Below, piece by piece: positions 27,450 through 40,330 of a DNA stretch of 64,000 nt. The notes below the pieces were generated by a model. The model was given only the letters and a program-made list of their open reading frames with translations. It ran no database searches and was not told the DNA's origin. The first letter of the stretch is position 1, and each line of letters starts with the position of its first letter. This stretch comes from the human T2T-CHM13v2.0 reference genome, Homo sapiens, in NCBI RefSeq assembly GCF_009914755.1, contig NC_060928.1. One strand, 5' to 3'. Position numbers and translations under genes: made by a program.

Positions 27450-28120
27450 GTCATTCAGCAAACATTTGATGAGCATCTACTATGTGCCAAGTTTGTGCTC
27501 AAGATCACAGATATGAAGGGAGTAAGACATGACCTAGCTCCAAGAGTTCACAGTCTAAAAGGAAAGGCTGGTCAATACTCGGGTATTAAAGTACCATGTG
27601 AAAATCATATGTACAGAGTGCTAAATGAGTACATATAGATAGTGCTAGCCAAGGGGTGCTATTTCTCTGAGAAGTACAGAGAAAGGGCACATAGTCCTAT
27701 GTTAGTAAGTTCAAGAAATGCTTATTGGAAAAAGTGACATCAAATCTCACTCCTAAAGTGGAGAAAGCCATACTACAAGTTTTGGGGAGAGTGTTCTATG
27801 CAGAGGAAAGAGCCCGTGGGAAGTTCTAGGAATATAAGAATTAACAGGCTGCAAATGTTTGGGTGTGACTAGTACACAGGGTTCCTGGGTGTTTGTATGT
27901 GGCAAGTAGGAAAAGGGCTGGCAGTAGCGGTAGAGGAAAGACATGAATTTGGGAGGTAAGCAGGGGGTCAAATTGTGAAGGGCTCTCTGTATACTGCTGA
28001 AGATTCTATAGTTTCTCCTGAAATCCATGAGGGAGCCCCCTGAAGGATTTTGGCCAGGAAAGTGTCATGAATCAAATTTCTATTTTAAGAATAGTATCGA
28101 GGCAGCAATGTCAAAGTTTG
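27450..28120 (-). mobile_element. L2 fragments
   Basis: tcattcagcaaacatttgatgagcatctactatgtgccaag and downstream L2-like purine-rich sequence; limits approximate. Confidence 0.6.
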
Positions 28121-28139
28121 TTTAGAAAATAGGATGGTT

Positions 28140-28460
28140 CCTGTAATCCCAGAACTTTTGGAGACCAAGGCGGGAGGATTGCTTGAGTCCAGGAATTTGA
28201 GTCCAGCCTGGGCAACATAGTGAGACCTCATCTCTACAAAAAAAAAAAAAAAAAAAAGTTTTTAAGTTATTCAGGCATGGTGACATGTGCCTGTATTCCC
28301 CGCTGCTCAGGAGGCTGGGGTGGGAGAATTGCTTGAGCCTGACAGGGGGTACAGGCTGCAGTGAGCTGTGATTGTGCTGCTGCGGTGAGCTGTGAATGCA
28401 CCACTGCACAGCCTTGGTGACAGATCGAGAGCCTGTCTTTAAAAAAAAAGAAAAGAAAAT
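28140..28460 (+). mobile_element. AluJ-like element, 5' end lost, internal tandem duplication
   Basis: cctgtaatcccag start; gctgcagtgagctgtga repeated twice (28356-28395); A-rich tail. Confidence 0.9.
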
Positions 28461-29125
28461 GAAAATGGGAAGGTTAGGAGTCATAGTAATCTACTTGCGC
28501 AACAAGGGGTATCTGAAACAATATTTGCGTGCAGGAAGTGAACACATTGCAAAGATATTAAGGAGAAAAAATAAGTTATGGAGAAAGGATTCATGATCCG
28601 GCTTAGGCGAATAAGTGAAGGGTGTTTAGACCAGTCAATCATCTTTAAAATGAGGGCTGAGTACAGCTAGGTTACTTGAAGTTTTCTAAGGAATTCACTT
28701 GGAAACAGGTAGTTCTGTGGTAATCTCCAGAAGTTCAATTTAAATATCCTTATTCCTAAAATTGCTCTACCTGAGAGCTCACCTGGGATCATGGAATTTA
28801 TCTTTCCCACATTCACCTTTATAAGCACTCTTCTTGCAAATTAAAAAAGAAAGTCTCCCTCTCACCCAAATAAATGGCTGCCAAATAAAGTGGTCATTCC
28901 CAATGTTGAAAGTTCAATGTCAAAACAGTGACTGATTTTAATGCCTGGGAAGATATCCTTATGCAGTGGGAGAGTGTCTCTGCTATCAACCAAATTATAG
29001 AGCCTATTCAAGTTTTCAAGTGGTAGATAAAGAAAAAATAAAGACTATTCATTAACTTTTTGGCATATAACTCAGAAGGCATACAAGTACTAAATTAACT
29101 TCTGTAACAATACTTCCATTTTTAA

Positions 29126-29530
<405 letters not shown>

Positions 29531-29954
29531 TGCTTTGCCTTATTTTAGCAAAAAGGAACATGCATTCCGAGAATCATGAACTCACTGGAAAAAAGGAACC
29601 CATTAATCTGATTCAGAGATGCATTTACAACACAATTTTACTTTTTATGTTATTATTGGTCAAAATTGGAATACACTTTTGCTATTTTAATCTTACAATC
29701 ATAATAATAACAATCTAATATAATTTTCAAAACTGAGACCTTATGTTCATTGGAAATTTTTAGAAGTCTTAAATTTATCCACATATTTTAATTGTAGAAA
29801 AGTATAATAAAATGATCAATATTTTAAGCATAAAAGTCCATTACGTTATGGTAAAATTCTGCAAGGATGTAGAAAGGTAATATTGATTGAAGAAGTAAAA
29901 ATGCAAAACATATAACTGAAAATGCTCATTCATACATATAATTGAAAAAAACTT

Positions 29955-30480
29955 AAGTAAAATTCTACATTTTTATTAACTTAAAAAAATCATATTTCAA
30001 ACAGTAGAGTCTGTGAGCTATGAAAATTTACAATTCACTTGGCATTCCCAGCGCCTTGCGCTCCCTGTGACTGCGCTGTGCAGGCGTCTTGGTTTGTGCA
30101 GGGTGGTTCTCATCCTTGCCAGCATCCCCTTCCCCTTTCTCCCCTTACACACCTCACTCCCTTCTTTGCCGAGTTGTGGGGGCTGTTTTAGGCCTGGCTT
30201 TTGTTTTTGGAAGGGCAGGTTTAGCAGACAACCCTGCCTATCTCCTGTGTGGCTCCTCTATCACCTTTGCTGTGTCACCTTTTTAGCCGATTTCCTGGGC
30301 ATGGTGGCTTGGCAGGCAGCTTTGCCAATCCAAGGTATGCTCTCTGCTCCTGGAAAGATTTCTGAGTCCCACAGCCATCCGAGGGCTACGGAGCTCCCAG
30401 TTTCCAACCTGGCTGAGAAGGTGGCCTCAGCTTGGGCAGAACAGGTGGAGACTTTGGGACCATGAAGAGACATGCAGAGC
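29955..30480 (-). pseudogene. Processed pseudogene of HMGN4/HMGN2 family (CDS-equivalent 30302-30035)
   Basis: GCCACC-ATG at 30302; frameshift-tolerant translation MPRK..GDTAKVIEEPHRR*AGLSAKPALPKTKARPK..KGRKGK.DAGKDENHPAQ..DACTAQSQGAQGAGNAK* matches HMGN nucleosome-binding layout; HMGN-like 3'UTR (CTACTGTTTGAAATA..AAAAATGTAGAATTTT); no introns. Confidence 0.85.
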
Positions 30481-30517
30481 CAGGAAAGAGGAAGGTGACA
30501 CAAGGGGAGGATGCCTT

Positions 30518-30690
30518 TCATATATATATATATGAAATATATATATTTCATATATATATACTTATATATATTTCATATATATATACTTATATATATACAC
30601 ACATATATGAAATATATATACGTGTATATATACACACATATGAAATATATATACGTGTATATATACACACATATATATGAAATAGATATA

Positions 30691-30736
<46 letters not shown>
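30518..30736. repeat. Compound (TA)-rich / (CA)n microsatellite
   Basis: Direct reading; contains ~32-nt higher-order unit tatgaaatatatatacgtgtatatatacacac. Confidence 0.95.
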
Positions 30737-31051
<315 letters not shown>

Positions 31052-32277
31052 TAAGGTTTTTTTATTCTATCAAATACTTTTAAAAGGTGATTGATATAAC
31101 AGTCTTATTTTAATGTGTCAATATTTAGGATATGCTGGGAAACACACCTTTGTTACTCTTTAAAAAAAGTTTAGTTGACAACATAAAAATATGTCTGCGT
31201 ACATAAGTTTTCAAGATTATTTTAAGGGTAAGTGAAGCAAAAAAAAAAAAAAAAAAAGCTGAAGATCACTGGCAGAGACTAGCAGAAGGACCCAGACCGT
31301 GATGGGGGAGGTAGAAAGGGGGTGAGGCTGATGTGTCATTTTGGACACACTGATAATGCAATGCTGTTGGATATAAAGACTGGGTCCTTGGGGCTGTTAG
31401 GAAATTGTGAAATAATTTGAAATAGGAGGAACAAGGTTAGTAGGTGTCCTGGTATTGAAGAAAGAAGGGTGGGGCACAGGTGTCCAGTGTGTCTTTGCCA
31501 TCAGAATGTTCTTCCACCTTCACCGCATTTTGACCACTCTGTAAATTGTTGAAAACTGATAATAATGTAAATGATTCTTATCCACAGAAATGCAAGTAAA
31601 TCTGGTGAAATGCACTGATTGTTGTCTTGCAAATACACCTTTTCTGCATTTCAGAATTCCTTATTCCCTTTGTGTGTGTATGTGCCTGTGTATGGCTCTT
31701 GGAATTCTCCTTGAACCCATTTTAACATCTTTTTGGTTTACTTATTCATTAGTGAATTAAATAAAAGTTATTTGCAGGTACCATTTTTATATTTGTATGA
31801 GAGTTATTACTTTACTTTTAAAAACAATATCCTTTAACGGGACCTAGATCTAGGATGCAGATGGAGATGGGAGCCATTGGCATCCCAGTGGTAGCTAAAG
31901 ACAGAGACTGGATGAAATGACCCAGTAAGAATCTGTCTATGAGACAAGAAAAATTAAAAAAAATTAAAACTGATCACATGAAAGCAACAAAAATAGAAAA
32001 ACACTATCTTTTCCATCCTTACATCCACTAATGTTAGCATAGAAAAAAATTCACAGCAGTTTGCAAAGGCAGATTTTTAAAGAATGTGGAGAGCAGTGGT
32101 TCAAGGTGGCTGTGAGAAGGAGGTAGAGAGAAAGCTCATGGCACCAGTCAGTTCTGACTGGGTGTGTATTTTGTAGAGAAAAGCAACAGGTATCAAACAC
32201 AGAGTAATCAACAGAGAGTGTGTGTCAACTCAGTCAGCATCCTGGAATAAATTTTAATTTAAAAATACTTACCAATT

Positions 32278-32415
32278 TGGGAGGCTGAGGCACAAGAATT
32301 GCTTGAACCTGGGAGGTGAAGTTGCAGTGAGCCATCGCGCCACTGCACTCCAGCCTGGGTGACAGAGTGAGACTCTGTCTTAAACAAACAAACAAACAAA
32401 CAAACAAACAAACAA
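32278..32415 (+). mobile_element. 5'-truncated Alu right arm with (AAAC)n tail inserted at exon donor site
   Basis: tgggaggctgaggcacaagaattgcttgaacc..gactctgtct + (aaac)9; TSD acttaccaatt at 32267-32277 and 32416-32426. Confidence 0.95.
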
Positions 32416-32421
32416 ACTTAC

Positions 32422-32631
32422 CAATTATGTGATATTCAACAGCTCTGTTATTGCCAGCATCCATATCAGAGGCTAAAACCGTATAGACAACCTCTGGTTC
32501 CTGGTTTTCCAGAACCTCAATGTCATAACTGGAAACAATAAACTCTGGTGCGTGATCGTTTTCATCTTCAACAGTGCAGAGGATTGTTGTGGTGCTGGAC
32601 AATGAAGGGAATCCCCCATCTCGTACTAGTA
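32422..32631 (-). CDS. DCHS2: DCHS2 coding exon, 210 nt, phase 1-1
   Basis: Acceptor GTGTCAG|TA, donor TTG|GTAAGT; VLVRDGGFPSLSS..DENDHAPEF..DMDAGNN. Confidence 0.96.
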
Positions 32632-32849
32632 CTGACACAGAACACAAAGACGGTATGAATTGTGGCCTTTGATTCATACCTAAAATATGTTGTTCTAACT
32701 AGACAATGTCAGGCTAACCAGGTAGCACTGGCTCAATAATATTTTATTTAAAAACACCCCAACAAAATATAACATTTCACCACTTAACAGGTTTTTTTTA
32801 AATTTAATTTTTAATTTTTATTTTTTAGCCTACTCAAAGAATCCCTTAC

Positions 32850-32984
32850 CTCGAAGGGTGAAGACTTCTTGAATTTCTCTGTCAAGTATGGTGGTTGTCA
32901 CTACCTCTCCAGTGTCAGAATTTATCTCGAATAATTCAAATGAAGCACCTGGCATGATTTCAAACTGAAGCTTGGAATTGACTC
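32850..32984 (-). CDS. DCHS2: DCHS2 coding exon, 135 nt, phase 1-1 (not in ORF track)
   Basis: Acceptor TTTTTCTTAAG|GA, donor GAG|GTAAGG; GVNSKLQFEIMPGASFELFEINSDTGEVVTTTILDREIQEVFTLR. Confidence 0.96.
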
Positions 32985-35104
32985 CTTAAGAAAAATATAA
33001 AGAAAAACTTAGCAATCATTTATTTGAAATACATTTATCCACTTTCCTATTTCTTTTCCTTTGAACATGTTAGGCCATAGATGAAAATGGCAAGATTCTC
33101 AAACAGCCTTTAAATTAAGGTAAAAGAAAACCTCTTTTGGCTGTTCTTGCTAAAATAAAAGCCTCATGGGCTGAAATGCTTGATTTTCAAAAGTCTTATG
33201 AGACTTCCCCACAGTGAATGCTTAGAATTTTTTCCTTCCCATAAAAAATTTCTTATGAGTGTGCAACTCTACAACATATTCCTAATTACTCCTTCTAACA
33301 CCTCTGATTGTGATTTAATGACTTAATTGTAAGCTTGCAGGGCAAATGACAATTTCTGTAGATTGACCTGCTGTTTAAAAGCCCGTGCTAAGTTATAGAA
33401 CTCTGTTTATTCTCAACCTCAAGAAGCGAGCACCTAGAATTGCTTATACACGTATTTCTGTTTGTTTTGTTTTCGACTTAGTGTTCAGTCTGCTATCTGG
33501 AGTGAGAAATGTGGTACCACATTATTATGCATTTTGGAAATAATTCTTCCCATATTTTTGTGGTTTCATTTCTCCCCTGAGAAAAGTATCACGTCATTTC
33601 CATCTCTGGTTATGAAGATCATTCATACTACTAATTTTAATGAGTCTGTCCCATGCCATTGTAATTTATTGCATTTTACACAAGTTCCTCTCAGTTATTT
33701 TCCTATGTTCCTTTCTTAACTGACAAGAATCTAGGTGTACACACAGTACTGAGAATATATGATGTTATACTTTAATAAAAGATGAAATGTCATTCTTTTG
33801 GCCTTAACAAAAAATCTTCAATTACAAATTTCCATCTTGCCAGTCTTAAAAAGTAAATTTTCATTACATTATGATCTGGCAGATATTATATAGGACTGAG
33901 AGCTGAAAGGAGTGAAATAGAATTCTAGTTTTATATAAGAATGAAAATACATATCATATTACTATATAACTTGGAGGAGAAATATATTTGAGATATAATC
34001 TGCAGGCATTGGAATGACCCTGAGAAAAAAAGTCTAATAACATAGGACCAATGTATTTGATATGACATGGTCAGAGGTCACCAAAATGTTTCATTCTATT
34101 ATTAGGCATTACGTATATTATTAATGATATTACTAAAGAGTCATAGTGATTATTTCAGTAACTTAAGGATCATATAATCTATTCTATAGCAAGACAGAAT
34201 TTCTTAAAGTTCCAGGTTGTTAAAATTTGTTATTCCTATCTCTGCCTACATTATAAAAATGGGAACAATATTATCTTATATTTACTTTCCTTTTCCTCAA
34301 AAAAAAGAGAGAAATATCAGGTGCCAAGCATAGTACTATGTGCCAAAGACAGAGTGCTGAGTCAGATATGACCTCTGTCTTCAAAAAGATTACATGGATC
34401 TTTTAAATGAATGAGCTCATTTATATGATTTTGTTACACATTATATATACACCATTTCATATTATTTTATATGATTTTCTTACACATTATATATACCATT
34501 GCATATTATGTATTGTATTACATATTATAGAATGCTATATATTATACATTTTTAATTCTCACCACTTGCCAAACCTAGAAAATGTCTTCAATTGTTTACA
34601 CATAAATTCAGATCTTTCTGCTGTCCCTTCCCATTATCCTCTAATGTGCTTCACCACTCTACTCAATATTTCTCTGACTTTTTAGAAACTTCCAGATTTT
34701 ATTTTGTTCTATTATTCTATACAGGTTTTTTATCCCTAAGATAACAATACATTAACCTTCAACCCTCCTAGTATATTATTAAGGATAAATAAGATCTTTA
34801 CCTATAACTGTAGTCTGCATACACACATTTTTCATACCCCAAACTTCATACCCTTTACAAATTAGGAAGTAAATTAAATGTATTTTACTATGGCTTATTT
34901 GGAATTTAACTAGTGCCTTGCACCTTACACCCTTACACCCTTATAATCCTACAGAACAAACATAGCATCATCAAACTTGAGAATTAAGAAAATAAAAATT
35001 AAAAAGAGGTTATTTGGCCTCATTCTATCACCTCACTGAGCAAATTGGAAATTTGGATCTGAAGATATTTAGTGATATCCTTATGACACATGCCCACTAA
35101 AAGA

Positions 35105-35217
35105 TATGTGTGTGTGTGTGCCTGTGTATATATGCCCATACCTATGTGTGTATGCACACCAGTGTGAATACACACATACACAGATGTGCGCGCGCACACA
35201 CACACACACACACACAT
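35105..35217. repeat. Alternating purine-pyrimidine tract (TG)n...(GC)n(CA)n
   Basis: Direct reading. Confidence 0.9.
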
Positions 35218-35219
35218 AT

Positions 35220-36950
35220 CTGCCTTCTCTTAGACTTCAAGACCTGCAGTCCCATGACTTCTTAATCCTCCGGCTCTAGGATACCTCTCCTCAATTCATT
35301 TCTCTCCTTCTCCAGTCCGGCCCCATGAGCTATTCCTCTAGCAACCTTGCATAGTTTCTCAGGTCCTGGGGCTTTCTGCCAAAGATTTCCAGCAAAGCTT
35401 CAGCCTGGGATCATTCCAACCATCTCTTTACTCCATTTGAATATCCAACAGATGGCTGGGGCTACAGAAAATTTCACAACAGCATGGATTGAGACAACTG
35501 CAGTGCTGTTGTATCTGGCAATCTTTCCAGGTGTCCATAATCACCCCTCTTCCATTCAGGTCTCCTACCCGACCACTACCTGGCTTACTCTCACAGATCA
35601 CTTCCCTTTCCATTTCCCAGAGAGAAAGGAGGCATTGGGAAAGAACTCCCTCACCCTCTGCACCTGTACTCAACTGTACCCCTTACTCCCTGTCTCAATG
35701 GCAAAAGTCATTCTTCAAACACACTCTCAGAATTTTCCTGTCAGGTCTAGTCTTTCTCCTAAAATTTTTTTCCTTAAATTATATCCTTCTCTAGCTATAA
35801 GAAGAATTAGGCTTTTATCTCCTCCTCTTTGTGGCCAAATTTCTTTTGAAAATCATATTCAGTCTGCAGCTAGCTTCAAACCATGCCATTGCCAGTTACT
35901 CTTTCTACAGTGACCAATGACCTTCTGATTATAAAGTCTACTGGCCATTTCTAGTTCTTACCTAACTTGTCTTCTCTGTGGCATCATATATGGCTGACCA
36001 ATTTAAAAAAAAAAAACAAAAAACAAAGAAACAAAAGAAGGGAGGGGAGGAAGGCATGAGGAAGAGAGAAGTAAAAAATAAAAGAAAAATAATATTTTTG
36101 TCTGTTTCTCTATGACATATTTTTCTCCTGGTTCCAGGAGTGGGGTGCATTGACAATCAATGTGCTGGCCATCACGCCATTGTCATCTCACTCTATACAT
36201 TCATGTCTTCAGTTTGCATCCATATCTATTTGGTTGGTTCATTCATTTATTCATTCATGTGTTCATTTATGAATGCACAGATACTGAATGTCAGGTACTG
36301 GAAAGGCACCACTGAATAGTTACCTTGGACCTCAGAGTTTCTCTCTAGAGTGGAAGATGATTAAATCAACGAGTAATGGAAAGTGTGATGGAATATATGA
36401 AATCACTGAGGGAGTGGATCATAGAAGACTTATCTCAGGTATATAGTTTGTCATTAATTATCTCATTGTATTAACATATATAAAGAGTGATCTTAGGTGC
36501 CAAGATACCATACCATGTGCTAAAAATATAACTGCTAGTAAACAGACAAATTCTCTACCCTCATGGTGCTTACAATATAGCACCGGATACAGATAAGCAA
36601 GCTCGCAGTGACAATTCCCCCTGAATAGACATGATGGGTAAGTTGAGTTGCCTTGATATAACCGGAAACCCTAAAGATGAATAGGAGTTAATGGGTAAGA
36701 GGGAAGAAAGAACATTTGAATGAGTTCAAAAGAAAATCTAAATACCTTACCACAGTCCACAAAGTCCCATATGATGTGGGCTCTGCATATCTTTCCAACC
36801 TCTTTTCATGGACTTGCTCCCTTGCTATATTCTTATCGCACTGGCTTCCTTTCTGTTCTCTGAACATACTAAGCATCTTTCTGCTGAGGCCTTTGTAGTG
36901 GTTGTTCCCTCTGCCTGCTCTTTTCAGTTCTTCACATGGTGTATTATTTA
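35220..36950. mobile_element. Cluster of decayed L2 fragments (both orientations)
   Basis: L2-like motifs (cagtgaccaatgaccttctgattataaagtctactggccatt; ttcattcatttattcattc; aaataccttaccacagtccacaaagtccc); limits approximate. Confidence 0.55.
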
Positions 36951-36957
36951 TTAAACC

Positions 36958-37382
36958 ATAGTGTCTCAGATCCAAATCTGTTCTTCTGTACTCCACCCTG
37001 TGATGCTGGGTCTGGGGATCTGCAAACTACATTCCCCATTGCCAACTACCTCTCTCCTAGGGTTTGCCACAAAAGGACACTAGAAGGAGACCAAAAGTCA
37101 GAAGGACAGAAAATGGGACTTCCTTCTTCCTAGTTACCTACTGTCGTCATCAGCAATGCTATTCAGTCTGTTTTGCTACTCCTTTGCAAGGCCCCCTCTC
37201 TCATTTCCTTCCCAGGGTCTGATAATCCAAACATCTTCTTCTTTCCCAGTATTAGGGGTGGTAGCTGCCTTCTAGAGCTTTGTTTTTGTCTTTTTGGTTA
37301 CTTCAGTATTCCCTTCTTGCTTACTCATTCATCCAACACCTGTTTGTAGCATCTATTCTTCCTGACTAAACATGGCTGATAG
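36958..37382 (+). mobile_element. ERVL-class LTR (LTR33-like)
   Basis: ccaccctgtgatgctgggtctggggatctgcaaactacattcccc; followed directly by PBS-like ttggcaccag. Confidence 0.65.
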
Positions 37383-38620
37383 AGCACTTGGCACCAGAAT
37401 TGGGTCTCAGGTAACAGGGACTCTGAGATTGGTTTGGTTATGTCTTAGGCTTTGAATGCAGCTATGAGTTCCTTAACCATGGGAAATGGAATGCTAGGAA
37501 TTCAATACTTGGAGTGCTGTCACGATTAATTAAATTATCAATCATGTTTGACTGTGATAAAGTGACTATTAAAGGACTCAAATTCCTTAGAGAACCAAAT
37601 GGCGCTGACTTTGACCACATAATAGTAAAAAGGACTATGATGCAGAAGACTGTTTTTCAAAGGACTAGGAAATTATAGAACGATAACTATGAGCTGAGGC
37701 TTTAAACCTGTAACTCAAGTCATGGTTAGAAAGCTGGAAAGCTCCTATATAGAAGGCCTAAAATTAACCTCCCTGAAGATCAGACCCAAATTGAGTGGCA
37801 GGTATAATAAATACCTTGTAAGGAGATGACTATTCATGTAAATACCCATAACCAGAGTCAGATTTCAACATAACTCAGGTAGCCAAGTGCAAATCTGACT
37901 CAGTCAAAGAAGCTTATAGTTTCAAAGAATAATAATATTTTCTAAGTTATATTGGCATAAACCTGGGGAATATGTGTGGAAATCAGTTCTAAGAATGTGA
38001 GACCTAGGAAGATATAACATTGGTTTAGGCTGGATTTATTGATAGATAAATAGACAATATTGATACTGTTTGCTAGAGAGTCAGAATTTAATGTGTTAGC
38101 CCATAGAGCTGTGTCTCTTGAGAGTTTCTTTGATTGGTTGGATTCAATGGGAGCCTATAATCACTGAGGTTGAGACATTAGGTCTTCTTTTGAATACTAT
38201 AAATAATCCAAAGCTTAAGGAAATGAGAATGTTAGAGTGAACTTATCATGTATGACATGCTCACCAAACACTCCCACTACCTTTCCCAAGAGATCAGAGG
38301 ACCCTACCTTCATAAGTACACTGGGAAAGATATTAGAAGGCCATCAGCATCCTTGAAAAGCAGAATGGGTGCTGTTTTCTGTAGACTGGGGATGGATCAT
38401 GGTGCCAATGGTCCCAGGGACCACCTTTTGAGAAGCAACATTTGATACTAATTTATAAGAACTATCAGAACTCATTGGCTTTCACCCATCTTTATGCAAA
38501 CTCTCCCACTGTTGACATCATCTAGTTGGTAGAGATATTATGATGACATCATGATAATTGGATCTGATGAGCAGAAAGTAGCAAGTAACTTAGATGTCTT
38601 AATTAGACACATGCATTAGA
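37383..38620 (+). mobile_element. Internally deleted ERVL internal region (gag and RT remnants)
   Basis: PBS-like ttggcaccagaattgg (37388); gag-like cctggggaatatgtgtggaaa; RT-like tatgatgacatcatgataattggatctgatgagcagaaagtagca (YDDIMIIGSDEQKVA). Confidence 0.72.
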
Positions 38621-38826
38621 CTAGGGATTGGCAAACTACAGTCCAGTGATCAAATCTGGCCTGCTCCCTGTTTTTGTAAAGTTTTATTGAAATACACACA
38701 ATATTAACTATGGCTGCTGTCTTGCTATAGTGTCAGAGTTGCACAAAGGAGACCGTAAAGCACACAAAGCCTAAAATATTTACTATCTGGTCCTTTAAAG
38801 GAAAAAGTTTTCCAGAATTCTATCCT
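38621..38826 (+). mobile_element. MER58A-like hAT-Charlie MITE
   Basis: agggattggcaaactacag..caaatctggcctgc..gcctaaaatatttactatctggtccttta. Confidence 0.8.
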
Positions 38827-38984
38827 AGAGTAAAAGGTGGGAGAGTGCTAGGAGCTGAGAACAGACAGGAAAGCTGATTGTTAAGCTAAAAGGGATAAAA
38901 TTTTATCCTCCTCTTCCTCAAACTATGGGGATTTAATAAAGAATTCTTTCCAGGGGTGTGTTATTTTTAGGAAGATCATTTTTC

Positions 38985-39300
<316 letters not shown>

Positions 39301-40151
39301 TAATGCCTCGACTGTACAATGTCCTCACAATCAGGCATTTCTAAAGCAAAAATAGAATTATGCCTGGTTGATTGAATAAAGGAATAAATAATAAATAAAT
39401 TCTAAACAGTGAGGGCAGCTTGAGGAAGCTTATGTCATACATGCTTCAGTTTCTCAGACCATATGGTCAAAAATATTTATTGAGTTCCTATGTCATATCT
39501 TGCACTACTCTAAGAACCTGGAATAAATGTATTAATAGATAAAAAGTGCTGAATCCAGGAGAAGTTCACAGCCTAGAGAAAAAGCAGGTGAATAAACATT
39601 TACACAATTATAATACTATATATTAAATGTATTAAGAATATATACCAAAGTTTTAACAGTGATTGTCTCTGAGTGAGTGAGGTTATGACTGGTCCTTATT
39701 CTTTTTCATCTCCTTATTTTTGATATTTATGCAAATGTATTTATAATAGAATTTTTTAATATATATATAGAGAAAATTTATATAGAGAGAGCCAAGGAAA
39801 ACATAACAGCACTAAGGGATTAGCAGAAATACTGCAGCCTAAGTAGGCGATGGCTTCAATTAGCATGCTGTTGTGACTTTCTCTAGCAAATGTTCCATAG
39901 CTTTGGATTGGGAAATTCAACTTTTGAAATGCTCTATAATCTAACCCGCCTTTAAATCCTTCTCTGGGACTTCAGTATAATCGAGGTTGCTGGAATGGCA
40001 CAAAGCCAGTAAGATCGGCTTGTGCTTGAATCCTATGGATCTCCTTATGTGCCCCTGGATTAATTAGATTGAATCTAAAATGATGGACAAATGCCACTGG
40101 GGAAAGAATGACGGGGCACGTCAATGAATAACTACTAATAAAGTGCAGAGA

Positions 40152-40330
40152 GACCCAGCGCTGTGACTCACAACTGTAATCCCTATACTTTGGGAGGTGG
40201 AGGCTGGAGGATGGCTTGAAGCCAGGCATTTGAGGCTACAGTGAGCCATGATTGGGCCACTGCCCTCCAGCCTGGGGAACAGAGCGAGATTCCGTCTGTA
40301 TAAAAATAAAACACAAATAAATAAAAATAA
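40152..40330 (+). mobile_element. Alu monomer (FRAM-like)
   Basis: Single Alu arm ending in A-rich tail. Confidence 0.85.

Noticed and set aside
30013-30465. 150-aa plus-strand ORF
   Set aside because: Antisense shadow of the GC-rich HMGN-like pseudogene
35347-35913. 188-aa plus-strand ORF
   Set aside because: Lies in decayed L2-like sequence, non-ATG start, no recognisable domain
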